Assembly: GCA_002269645.1 (NCBI GenBank)
Contig: NIVC01001050.1
Span: forward strand, 1-58,392
DNA: 58,392 bases
Source of the DNA: Macrostomum lignano
Taxonomy: Eukaryota
Direction: 5' to 3'
Made by a program: the position numbers and the translations under genes. Below the pieces are notes generated by a model. It made no database searches. It had not been told where the DNA came from and saw only the letters and a list, made by a program, of their open reading frames with translations. Positions 1-12,690 of this stretch are shown here, in pieces (position 1 is the stretch's first letter; the number at the start of each line of letters is the position of its first letter).

Positions 1-850
1 AAAAGGCCATCTCATTGTACGTAGTTTAGTGTGTCGAAAAAAGTCCCCACTCGCAACAAGACTGTATTTCTAAGAAACATAGCTTTGTTTTAATTACTTA
101 GTTTCATAAACTTATTAGTACGCTCGTGTATTGATATTGTTTATTATAATAAACTTATGGAATTAAAAAAATAACTTTAATGGCTACTAAACTAAGTAAG
201 CTACTTTGTAAATTTTAATATGGAAGATAAAATTTCAGCATTTAGATTTGATGAAGAATGGGGAAAATCGGAAAATGGTACAAGGATGAAGGTACTTGTA
301 AATTGTACAGCTAGTAAATGTGGAAATATTTCATGTGGGCAAATACTTCCTAATGGCAGCTAAAGTCCGTTATAAATTTATATTTGTGATAAAAGTAAGA
401 CATTAGCTTAGACAGGGTCGCGTCAGCTTTTGGAGAAAAAGCACGAATTTTCACGTCAAACCACTGCAAAAGATCAAATTGCAGTTACCAAAATGGTTAG
501 AAAATTTATTACTGATGGACTTTTGTGGGTCCGTTTTCAGTCTACTATCGTCCGTTGTTAAGATCCGAGCTAATTTTTTAAAATTAGTTTTGATCGCTGT
601 AATTCTGATAATATGTCGAGATTTCGCTTAGTTTAGGGTTTATTTCTGAATATTATACACATATTGAAATCACTTTGATAGTCCGTTTTAAACTGACATG
701 TACTTTCAAAAATGACCCCTTCATTTCTATAGCTAATTTTGCTACTTACAACAGTAGTATAGTGTAGTGGTACGCATTTGTACATAATGCGTAGTACCAG
801 AGGACTCTGATTTCAGGACGTCATTCGGACCATTTTTTGACCCCGGGCTT

Positions 851-1213
851 CTGGACTTTTGAAGCTATATTAAAAATGTGCGTTATCTCCAAATAAGGTT
901 GATCCAAAAGTACATTTTCTCTCGAAAGAACATTCCCCCATTATTGCAGACGTTGTTCCTAGGTCTTTGGTGCGTTATTTTCGACTTTCCCCTAATTTCT
1001 TCCATGTTACAACCCCTTAAAGGCTATTCAAAAGGAGAACATCTGCGAATAATTTATTTCGCGCAACTCTAAAAATTAGGAGAAAGTCGAAAATAAACGC
1101 ACTGAAGGCCTAGGAACAACGTCTGCAACAATGTGGGAATTTTCTTTGCAGAAAGTAACTTTTAGATCAACCTAAATTGGAGACAACGCAAATTTTTGCT
1201 ATAGCTAGTCCAG
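851..1213. mobile_element. Foldback/MITE-like element: ~140-bp imperfect inverted arms (~862-1000 and ~1071-1208) around a ~70-bp spacer
   Basis: Left arm ...ATTGCAGACGTTGTTCCTAGGTCTTTGGTGCGTTATTTTCGACTTTCCCCTAATT... is the reverse complement (with mismatches) of right arm AATTAGGAGAAAGTCGAAAATAAACGCACTGAAGGCCTAGGAACAACGTCTGCAAC. No coding capacity; TSD not identified. Confidence 0.6.
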
Positions 1214-1484
1214 GTGAGGTTTCGAAATTTCTTTTGACAATTTTTGCAGCATTGGCACTTCGACGTTTTAAAAAGTGAGCGAATTTTTGGCAATTTTATC
1301 TAACATGATGCTAAACAACGGAAAGCCTTTCTAGGAAAATCGAGATTCTACCTCTCTCAGCGAGATTTTACCAATTAGCGAGTGCATGCAGATAACGTCC
1401 TTCAACTTTAGCTGTCCATGGCACTTGCAGTTCTTGCGTAACAGTACGTGCGTAGACTGGCTCTCAATTCAACCAGCCTTTTCC

Positions 1485-4400
1485 TCAACGCAGGTCCAAT
1501 TCAACGCAGCCGTTGCTTAAAAATCCGCGCCGAAGAAGCTGCTGCTTCAAGGCTTCAGCCGCCTTCATCGCCCCGACGCCGGTCACTCGGCCGCCAATGC
1601 AAAGTCGCTTTCTTGAACATGGGATTCCTCGACGCCGATCACTGCTACTAAAAATAGCCGGCGTTATTGTCGCGGTGGACAACCAGCAAGCCAGCCAGCG
1701 TATCCGACCTTCGGGCACGTCGCCAAGCTCCAGATGCACTTGCTGCAGACAGTCAGGAGCGCAGAGGGCCGCCTGGATTAGCAACGCGACGTGTGACGCA
1801 TCATCGGCCACCGCATCCGCATCAGCGGCTGCCCCGAGAGTTCCGCAGGCGAAACCGAAGCTAGTTAGGCGTTCGCAGATGAGCAGCAGCAGGCAAGCCT
1901 GCATAGTTGAGGCGGTGGGGACAGATTTAGCTCAGCGGTTGACTCGTTCGACTCTGCACCAAATAATAATGATGATAATAATTGCTTACACCTGCCCCAA
2001 TTGGGCCAGATATGCAACCGACAGCTCAGCTGCAGCTATTGCGCGGCGCATCTGAAGGCCGCGTACGGCTGTTCAGTCCAAGGACTGGGGGGTCGCCACG
2101 CACACCCTCAATTACCCCAGCTAATGCTGGCACCCATTTTACAGCTGGGTGAACTGAAGCAATGCAGAGTTAAGTGTCTTTCTCAAGGACACAAAATTGT
2201 TTCGAGTGGATAAAGAATCGAACCCCCGACCTTCAAGTAATGAGTCCGACGCTCTAACCACCAAGGCTACAATCCGACTCTAACCACTAGACTGCGTCAA
2301 AGCATCCGGGTTCTTTTCCGTAAGCAACCAGACATTAGTTTGGGTTTCATGAAAGAAAATGGGCATGCGATTAGCATCCATCAGAGCCAACTAAATTAAT
2401 AGATTTAGTTAAAAACACAGAACAATGTTTAAGGGTATACATGTCGGTATGAATTTAATAAAGGAAGTGTTTTTTCGACTGGTTTTACTGCTTTTTGATG
2501 CAGTGACTTCTTTAAGAGATTTCTCAAATCTGTTTGATGTTGAAAAAACAAAGAACCACCAATATCTGTTAATGAGTTCAAGTCGTGTACGAAGGTACAA
2601 GGTGAGAAAAGATCAGGTTTTTCGATTTTTTTAGCCGCCTTTCTTTCATGCTTTTCCAGTTCTTAAAAGTGGAGGTCCTGTGTTTCTAATTACATTTAGC
2701 AACGAACTATTAAAGTTGGTTAATACAGGAATTGCTTATTAATAACATATACTGATTTCACTTTACCTGTTGAAGACAGTCACCCTGACGCGACTCGCCG
2801 GTCACAATAATGCCAAAGCTGGTCAACCTCTCAAGGAAGCCGGAGTCCAGGAGGTCGGCAATGCAAATGACGCCTGCAGACAATTCGGCGTCAACCGCTT
2901 CAGTGGTCAGGCTGCAGCAACGAAAGCGCAATCGACACAGCGCCGGCAACGTTGGAGTCAGGGCGGTCAAAAGTCGTGCAGCCACGGACGATGTCGGCTC
3001 ATGGATTGACCGGTGCTGACGGTATTGAACGAACGTGCTTCGCTATAAATCAGTTTGGTTTTCATACTCGTATGAACAGCCCTGTTACGCTTATTAATAC
3101 TCGTAGTTGCATGTTTGAATCTTTGTCACATTAGTCAAATTTAGCAAACAGTTCACTCAAACCAAGTACGAGCTATTCACTTAAATTAGTCGACCTATTT
3201 GACCTAGTTGGAGATTGATTAGCTTTTGATTTGAGGTTTCTCTTGTCTAGCTTTTGTTTCAATCGTGATCCATGATTCCTGTGACATCTGCGGCACCAGA
3301 TATCGGACTGTACTTTCCTGCCCTTTTTCTTGCTCATTCGTGTATGACCCAAAACCAAGAGGCGAAACCATCGATCGACACTACTCTTGACAGCAGCCCA
3401 CATAAGGTTGCTGAGTGTTTGTGTTTTGTCTGAGATATGCACTCAAAAGTTTATCAGGCCACATTTTAATTAAATACTACAGAAGACATCCAAATCAATC
3501 AAAGTTCTATTCTCGATTGACAGATTTTATCGATTTTGCGCTATGCAAAAGCAAATCTTAATGCTGATATAAGTTGGCATTGGGTGGTACAGCATAAGAA
3601 GACAGGTAAGTCACCCAAACTTACCTCTCGCCCATCGTAATCACAATAATTCTCGTCAGCTTGGTAAGAAAAGCCATCTAAGTGAATGTCCAGCTGAAGA
3701 AGTCGCTGATGCCACGCAGTGCTAGAGATAAATTTGATCAAGCTGGCCAAGTTGTCCGACGTTAGCATCAACGGCTGCTTAGAGTCTCCGTCCAAGCCGA
3801 AGCAGCAGACATTGGGCAGGCGAGCTAGCGCGCGGGCCAGACCGTTGGCTGAGCAGTCCGAGCCTAGCAACAGCAGCCACCGACCCGAGAGGCAAAGTCG
3901 ACGAAGCTGATTGGCGTTGCGCTCGGCCGCTCGCACTACTGCCGCTGCTACCGCCGACTTTGACGCCAGCTTAGTCGAACAGTGAACTCGCAACTCGCTT
4001 AATCTATCGATCTTATTCAGAACCTCTAGACCGCTGGTAGCGGTCCCGTTAATTGAAATCTCGCCAGAGCCCAGTCGAACCGCTAAACAGTCTAGTGGTG
4101 CTAGGTTGCCATGCCGTTTCCAAGGCTCCAAAGCGGCTGCCAGATTGTCAAACGAGCTGACCGTGGTATTCCTACAGGCTTCCCTAGCGTAGTCTTCGTC
4201 GGAACTTCTTTCATTGTCGATGCTCAATCGACCATTTTCTGTCGAAGGAAGTTCTTTAACCCCTATGTGGCACTGCAGAGTTTCAAAGTCCAGACAGATG
4301 CTGCTCAGTCGATGACTTTTTGGAGTGACATCCATAGATTGCTGGGTAAGTGACTTTGATGAATGCTCTACTGATGACGTCAGTTCAACATTAGTAATCT

Positions 4401-5979
4401 CAGTCCAGCCAGCGAGCCAGTGAGTCCTGCTCTGCTTCTGCAGTCTACAATGTCGCTGACCACTCAAAATGTGCCACAAACTCTGACATCGTTCGCGTTC
4501 CGTTTTACTGACGATCTCACTAAGTCGACTTGCCGACTCAAGCAGCCAGTCATCTGCCATGGAGCCCAACAGCTCGGCAATGTCTATTAGGACAGTGCGC
4601 GCAGTTCCTGTGGGTCCAACCGCGTCAGTTGCCGCAACATCGCTCTCGGAATCGTCACCGATCGCGCGACGCCACACATCGGCCAGGCTGTCCATGACGG
4701 CGACGCTCGCCGCATCGTTGCCAAGCTGAGCCTCTGAGGCGGCCTTTAGGCAGCGGAGGCAGAGCCGCTTGGCGGTCAGAAAGGCAGCTAGACGAGCGCC
4801 GCTGACTACGAGATTCAAGTCGGCAAAGTCTGCGGCAGCTTCCGCGGCTCCGACTACAACGTCGTCCCCGTCGTCGCAATTGACTGCCTCGGCTGCAGCC
4901 GCCGCAGCAGATGGCGCCTCAGCGAATAGGCAGTGGAACAGGCGGTCGTAAAGGTAAGTCGTCGACCGCGGAGCCGGCCCAGAGACGAATCGCGCCGGAT
5001 CGAGATGGTACAGCGTCACGAGAAGTGCTAGATTGCCCGGCCGGTTGAGAAATCCGTTAGCACCGTTGCAGTTTTTCACAACCTCGTCAACAGCAGAGAG
5101 GAAGTGACCTTGAAGCTCGGCTTCGCTGTCGGGCAGGGCGGACTTTGCTGCGATGCTGATGTAGCGACTCATCTGAGCGTCATTCCACAGCAGCAGGTGA
5201 TACAAGACGGGATTCGAAACACACGACGGCAACTGACTATTGCGTCTAGCGAAGGCTAAAACAGCGGGTCGCCAGGTGGCACTGAAGCAGGACTTCACCC
5301 AGGCTGCAGGGAGCTGGACAGCGTCAGCGCAATCCACGATTGCCAGCACTCGGTCAGGATTGTTGCGAGCCCAGCTGACGGCGGCAGCAATGTCGAGTGC
5401 TTCGGGATCGTCTTCCTCGCCATAGCCGGTTGACAGGCCCCTCAAAGATAGTCGTAGAAGCTGCTCAACTTCGCAGCAGTTGTCGTTGCCATTAAACAAA
5501 TGGCTACTAACTCTGACGGCGGAGGCGCAGTCAAAGTGTAGCACAAGATTGAAACCCTCAATCAGCTTGCCGAGCGTTTGCAAATCCCGATGTCCATTAT
5601 CAGGTCCGGACTGTGAGTGCCAGTAGAGCAGTCGGGCAGCCAGGTGCGACTTGCCACTGCCGGCCGGACCAAGAATGACGCAAGGCCTGCTAGGCGTCAG
5701 CCTGGCCGGGGGCGATGGCTGTAGCATCGGCGGAATGAAGGCATCGGTGAGACACGGTTTGCCACCGAAAGCGACGCCGGGCGACGCTTCTAAACGATCG
5801 ACGGCCATATTTGATAGGCGGCGTCGGTAGTTACCTAGAAAACGCTGTACTGCAGGTGGTAGCATAGAAGAATCATCAACGGCCATATCAGCATGCGATG
5901 ATAGGCTTCCATTTCTACTGCGGTCAGTAGTAGTTGCAGTGTGCGAATCTCTTCTAGGAATCGACTGTTTCGAACTCAT
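1485..5979 (-). CDS. NLR-like protein (NACHT P-loop NTPase + degenerate LRR-like C-terminus), 3 exons: 5979-3625, 3042-2767, 1898-1485 (~1014 aa)
   Basis: Walker A GPAGSGKS; Walker B-like VLAIVDCADA; NACHT helical/WHD-like FLNRPGNLALLVTLY and TTYLYDRLF; leucine-rich repeats such as LRRLCLSG, LERLTSFG/CERLTSFG and CLQQ. Donors GAG|GTAAGT (3625) and CAG|GTAAAG (2767) and acceptors at 3043 and 1899 are all phase 0 and give an open frame. Exons 2-3 are less certain than exon 1. Confidence 0.75.
1961..2275 (-). mobile_element. tRNA-derived SINE (in intron 2 of the NLR-like gene)
   Basis: Minus strand reads GGATTGTAGCCTTGGTGGTTAGAGCG (A box)...GGTTCGATTC (B box), then GTGTCCTTGAGAAAGACACTTAA...CCCAGCTGTAAAATGGGT and an (ATT)n tail. 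A second copy lies at 22783-23115. Confidence 0.85.
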
Positions 5980-6328
5980 CTCAAGCAACAGTCGCGCTGT
6001 TTAGAATATCATACTTAGTCAAGCCGAAATTTATAATCGTTTATATTTCTGGCTAGAATGGTTTTTATAGCCAAGCGGGGGTTGGGCACAACAATAAGCC
6101 TGCATGCTTATTTTATTGCCATTGGCTTCTAAAAGAGGGGGCTTCATTTCCACTGGTCTCAAATAGATTCGTACCTAATGGCACACGCATGCCTACGCAA
6201 GATTCATTAAACAACACTGGGCAAGATTCGCCTAACCCAATGATTACGTGGCTTGGCCAAATTTACAAGTACATGTAACTCAGGTCGGTTCATCCTGCGA
6301 ATCTGGGAAGGTGGCAGCTTTAGTGTGA

Positions 6329-6620
6329 GGATCTAGCTCAGAAACTGAGGATCTAGGAGGCTGTATGGAACAGCAACTGAGGATCTGAGAGGCTGGCCCA
6401 GAAACTGAGTATCTGGGAGGCTGGCCGAGCAACTGACACTCTGGGAGGATGGCCCAGCAACTGGGGATCTGGGAGATCGTGGCCCAGAATCGTGGCCCAG
6501 AGGCTGGCCCCCAAACTGAGGATCTGGGAGGTTGGCACAAAAACTGAGGATCAATAAGGCTGGCCCAGCAACTGGGGATCATCATTGAGATGTTGGCCCA
6601 ACAACTGCGGATCTAAGAAG
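6329..6620. repeat. 28-bp minisatellite (consensus GCAACTGAGGATCTGGGAGGCTGGCCCA), copy A
   Basis: About 10 degenerate tandem units; the unit is not a multiple of 3, so the overlapping ORFs are spurious. Confidence 0.9.
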
Positions 6621-7552
6621 ATAGGAGCTCAGTCTCATGATTTGTTAGGCCAATGGGCTTAATCTAACACTCTGAATAACAGTGCATTCCAAGAATCTGA
6701 AAAGGTATAGCAGATCATAAAATGATGGAAGGCCAAGCGACACTTCAAGGGAGAGCTCAAGTAAGAAAGCGCAAAGTGTATAAAATTCGCTCCCCTCGAA
6801 AATTCCGGCAGAAAAGTGCGAGAAGCATCTAAAAGTATCTGATAGCATTAATTCGCCACACAAAGCGCCCTCCTCCAACCAGCAGCCAAACTCTTCTATA
6901 TAATTCTACCCAAAGTACTTATCCACTTATCCACTTTGGCACGCAAGAAATAAATGAACAGCCTGGCCCAATAGAAGACTAATGGCAGTCCTAGAGCGGC
7001 AAAGTTCTGCAATATAAACATGCAAATGGCTACTTGCTTAATTGGTTCAAGCCCGTATAGTTATTTAAATAGTATGCAACGAATTGCCAAAACGTGCTCA
7101 ATTCTCGTAACAGAATTTGTTGCCAATGAAGAAGCAAACCTTTCTATAACAAACAGTGAATAAAGTTAATGAAAAAATTGAGGGCAATATCAAAAAAGCT
7201 GAAATTGGCAGAAAGGAAGAAATGACCAAGTAAGGTAATGATGGAATTATATAAAAGAAGTCTATCTATAATAAAGTTCTGCTCCACCCAATAAAAAAAT
7301 AGAAAACAAAATTAAGTTGTAAAGCTTTGGTTTTATTGTCCAAAACTGAGCACGTAAAGAAATTGTATGAAGTATAGAGTAGCAAATATACCCCGTGCGC
7401 CACAAGTGGACGCGAAGTTCGAACGATGTTATGAAGCTACTAAGCATACACTCGTACGTAAAGGTACTTGTAGATTGCAGGTAGTAATTTCCATGTATTA
7501 ATTTGATTAAAAATTCATTTTACGATCTGTCGTATCACACGCAATACTTAGC

Positions 7553-8520
7553 TGTTTAAAGTTCCAGCTCCTGTCTAGAGAGTAATGTTTAATTATCGGG
7601 TGTTTAAAGTTCCAGCTCCTGTCTAGAGAATAATGTGTAATTATCGGGTGTTTAAAGTTCCAGCTCCTGTCTAGAGAGTAATGTGTAATTATCGGGTGTT
7701 TAAAGTTCCAGCTCCTGTCTAGAGAGTAATGTGTAATTATCGGGAGTTTAAAGTTCCAGCTCCTGTCTAGAGAGTAATGTTTAATTATCGGGTGTTTAAA
7801 GTTCCAGCTCCTGTCTAGAGAGTAATGTTTAATTATCGGGTGTTTAAAGTTCCAGCTCCTGTCTAGAGAATAATGTGTAATTATCGGGTGTTTAAAGTTC
7901 CAGCTCCTGTCTAGAGAGTAATGTTTAATTATCGGGTGTTTAAAGTTCCAGCTCCTGTCTAGAGAGTAATGTTTAATTATCGGGTGTTTAAAGTTCCAGC
8001 TCCTGTCTAGAGAGTGATGTGTAATTATCGGGTGTTTAAAGTTCCAGCTCCTGTCTAGAGAATAATGTGTAATTATCGGGTGTTTAAAGTTCCAGCTCCT
8101 GTCTAGAGAGTAATGTTTAATTATCGGGTGTTTAAAGTTCCAGCTCCTGTCTAGAGAGTGATGTGTAATTATCGGGTGTTTAAAGTTCCAGCTCCTGTCT
8201 AGAGAGTGATGTGTAATTATCGGGTGTTTAAAGTTCCAGCTCCTGTCTAGAGAGTGATGTGTAATTATCGGGTGTTTAAAGTTCCAGCTCCTGTCTAGAG
8301 AGTGATGTGTAATTATCGGGTGTTTAAAGTTCCAGCTCCTGTCTAGAGAGTGATGTGTAATTATCGGGTGTTTAAAGTGCCAGCGGTTATCTAGGGAGTA
8401 ATTATCGTCCGTTTTTAAATTCCACCTCTTATCTAGGGAGTAATTATCGTCTAAAATTCCAGCACTTGTCTAGGGAGTTTAAAATACGTCTAGGTATCTA
8501 GATGTCTAGGTGTTAAAATA
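7553..8520. repeat. 48-bp tandem array (~17 near-perfect units plus degenerate 3' units)
   Basis: Unit TTTAAAGTTCCAGCTCCTGTCTAGAGAGTAATGTTTAATTATCGGGTG repeats head-to-tail from ~7553 to ~8380, then decays to ~8520. Stop codons occur in all three + frames. Confidence 0.95.
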
Positions 8521-10339
8521 CCAGCTTGATCAGGGCTGAGGGCAGCTTGAACATGTATTAAATGTACAACTTGATAGTATAATGTAGATAAAACTAACAC
8601 AAAAGTCTGCTGCTGCATAGTTTTTTTTTAAGTTAAACCAATCGATTAAACAGTACAATAAAGTTTGAGATCTTTATTACACTCGCTTTAGTATAAGTAT
8701 GACAAAAAAGCGAGTTGTGAGAAAAATGATAATAATATGTGTATTTTTTCGAAAAACAGCAACGAGCAGTGCGAGTGGAACTACCAATATAAAGAAAAAT
8801 TAAAAACACGCGGAACAAAGATTAACGAAAGTGATATTTTTTATATATATAACACTAAAGCACTAAGCACTGCGGGGTTAAAAGTGTAGCAAAGCGAAAA
8901 CACTGAGACGCGCAAAGTTATAATAATACGAATTGGAAATTATCGATGCTTTTTAAGAAGCTTCCCTACATGATTTGATCCTCCCCACTTCCAGTACAAG
9001 CCTTTATTTAACCAGCTAGAGAGGAGGGGAGAGGAGAGCTAAGAAGAGACAAACACTCAGCGGGTGAAAACGGTTACCCAGGCCAAGAAGCATCCCAGAG
9101 TCGTGATTAGAAACGCAGGTAGAATATGAAAGAAATTGACTCTAGACCACTCTTTAAGACGAGGTGTCACGGTGTACAAGTCGTCAAAAGTCGCTTAAAA
9201 GTCGCTTAAAAGCGTTTTATTGTCTGCGACTCTGGGGCCGTAGAGACGTACTTAAGGCCTGCTAGAGTGCATATGACGAATCAGAGTCGCGCTTGACGAA
9301 TCTGTTGCGCTTGTGACGCAACAGTCGCCTGTTCGTGGCATTAGACACGTTTGAGTCGTTAAAAAAGTTTACAAGAGTCGCCCTAGAATCGCCAGAGAGT
9401 TGTTTGAAAACGAATTTTTCAGCGATTCTTGTCACGGTAAGGTTTGAAACGGGAGAAGAGGCTTTGCGAGTTGGAGTCTGCCAGAACCCTGATCTAGATG
9501 ACCAATGCATTCACAACATAAACACTAATATAACAGGCTAAATTCAGCTTTCATCAACCGTGTAGTTTTGCAAGCTTACTTACAAAGTCTGTTACTCGTA
9601 TTTTGTTACTTTCTTAAACTATACAGTATTTAAAGCCTATCCCCAAGCGACTTAGATATTACACAAAATACAAATAGAACAATAAAAAGACAGTTAAATA
9701 GAACAGCTATGGACATAAATAAAGACGGAGAATTTGAAAGCGCTGAACTTTGCCAAACAATTTTAACACGATTCGACGTTGCCTTGGTTACTCGAGTTAA
9801 AAAAAGTGTTTACACACTTTTATACACGATTTTTTTCAGACAATCAAGTAAATAAGTAAAGTAAAAATATAAGCACACTTACTTACTGTGCCACTGTTAG
9901 ATCAGCCAGTAGTGCAGACAGCACTTTTCCTGCTCGATTTTTTACACGATTTTGTCTTTTACAGTTTTACATATTCTCAAAAGGCATCATACGTTATCGA
10001 AAGCGAGAAATGCTATTCCAGGGTTAATATTGTCCGCAACAACGGTCGCCAACCTTGCACTTTGTTAATTAATTACAAAAATTCAACTGCCAGTTGCTAG
10101 GAGTACATATAACACACAGACACTGACATTAGTTATTTTATCCAAGCTATAGATTAAGTGAAGAGAAAAACCTGCTTTAAATTAGAGTTAAAATTTACTA
10201 CTTTAGCATAGAAACTTATAAGAGCTTAACTTGGCATTTAAACTGATGCAGCCGTTTGGACAGCCAAAATGTACTTCGATATGTGGAACAAATCTATGTG
10301 TAAATAGTTAACTAAATACAAGAGAGTAGCGGTGGCCCA

Positions 10340-10650
10340 GTAAAAGAGGATCTGGGAGGCTGGCCCAGCAACTGAGGATCTGGGAGGCTGGCCCAGCAAC
10401 TGAGGATCTGGGAGGCTGGCCCAGCAACTGAGGATCTGGGAGGCTGGCTCAGCAACTGGGGATCTGGGAGATCGTGGCCCAGAATCTGAGAATCTAAGAG
10501 GCTGGCCCCCAAACTGAGGATCTGAGAGGTTGGCACAAAAACTGAGGATCAATAAGGCTGGCCCAGCAACTGGGGATCTGGGAGGCTGGCCCAGCAACTG
10601 GGGATCTGGGAGGCTGGCACAACAACTGGGGATCTGGGAGGCGGTGGCCC
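10340..10650. repeat. 28-bp minisatellite, copy B
   Basis: Same unit as 6329-6620, including the same ordered variant units (...GGCCCCCAAACTGAGG...TTGGCACAAAAACTGAGGATCAATAAGG...). Confidence 0.9.
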
Positions 10651-10819
10651 ATCTTAAAGATTCAAAGGTTATATAATAAACTAAGGATTGAGTTTTTCCC
10701 TGAATGGCACCAGCACGCAGTAGTGCAAAACAAAACTGCAATCCAGCTTTTAAACAGCCAAGTAAACATCACTTGCAGAATGCACAGTTCAGCTCTCAGA
10801 GCGTGACCAATGCCATCAA

Positions 10820-12690
<1,871 letters not shown>

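Noticed and set aside
6640-7450. Decayed A-rich coding-like sequence on the + strand
   Set aside because: Short frames are broken by stops, with no recognisable domain or consistent splice chain.
7553-8390. CRISPR-like regularly spaced repeat
   Set aside because: Units are contiguous with no unique spacers, there are no cas genes, and the context is eukaryotic; it is a minisatellite.
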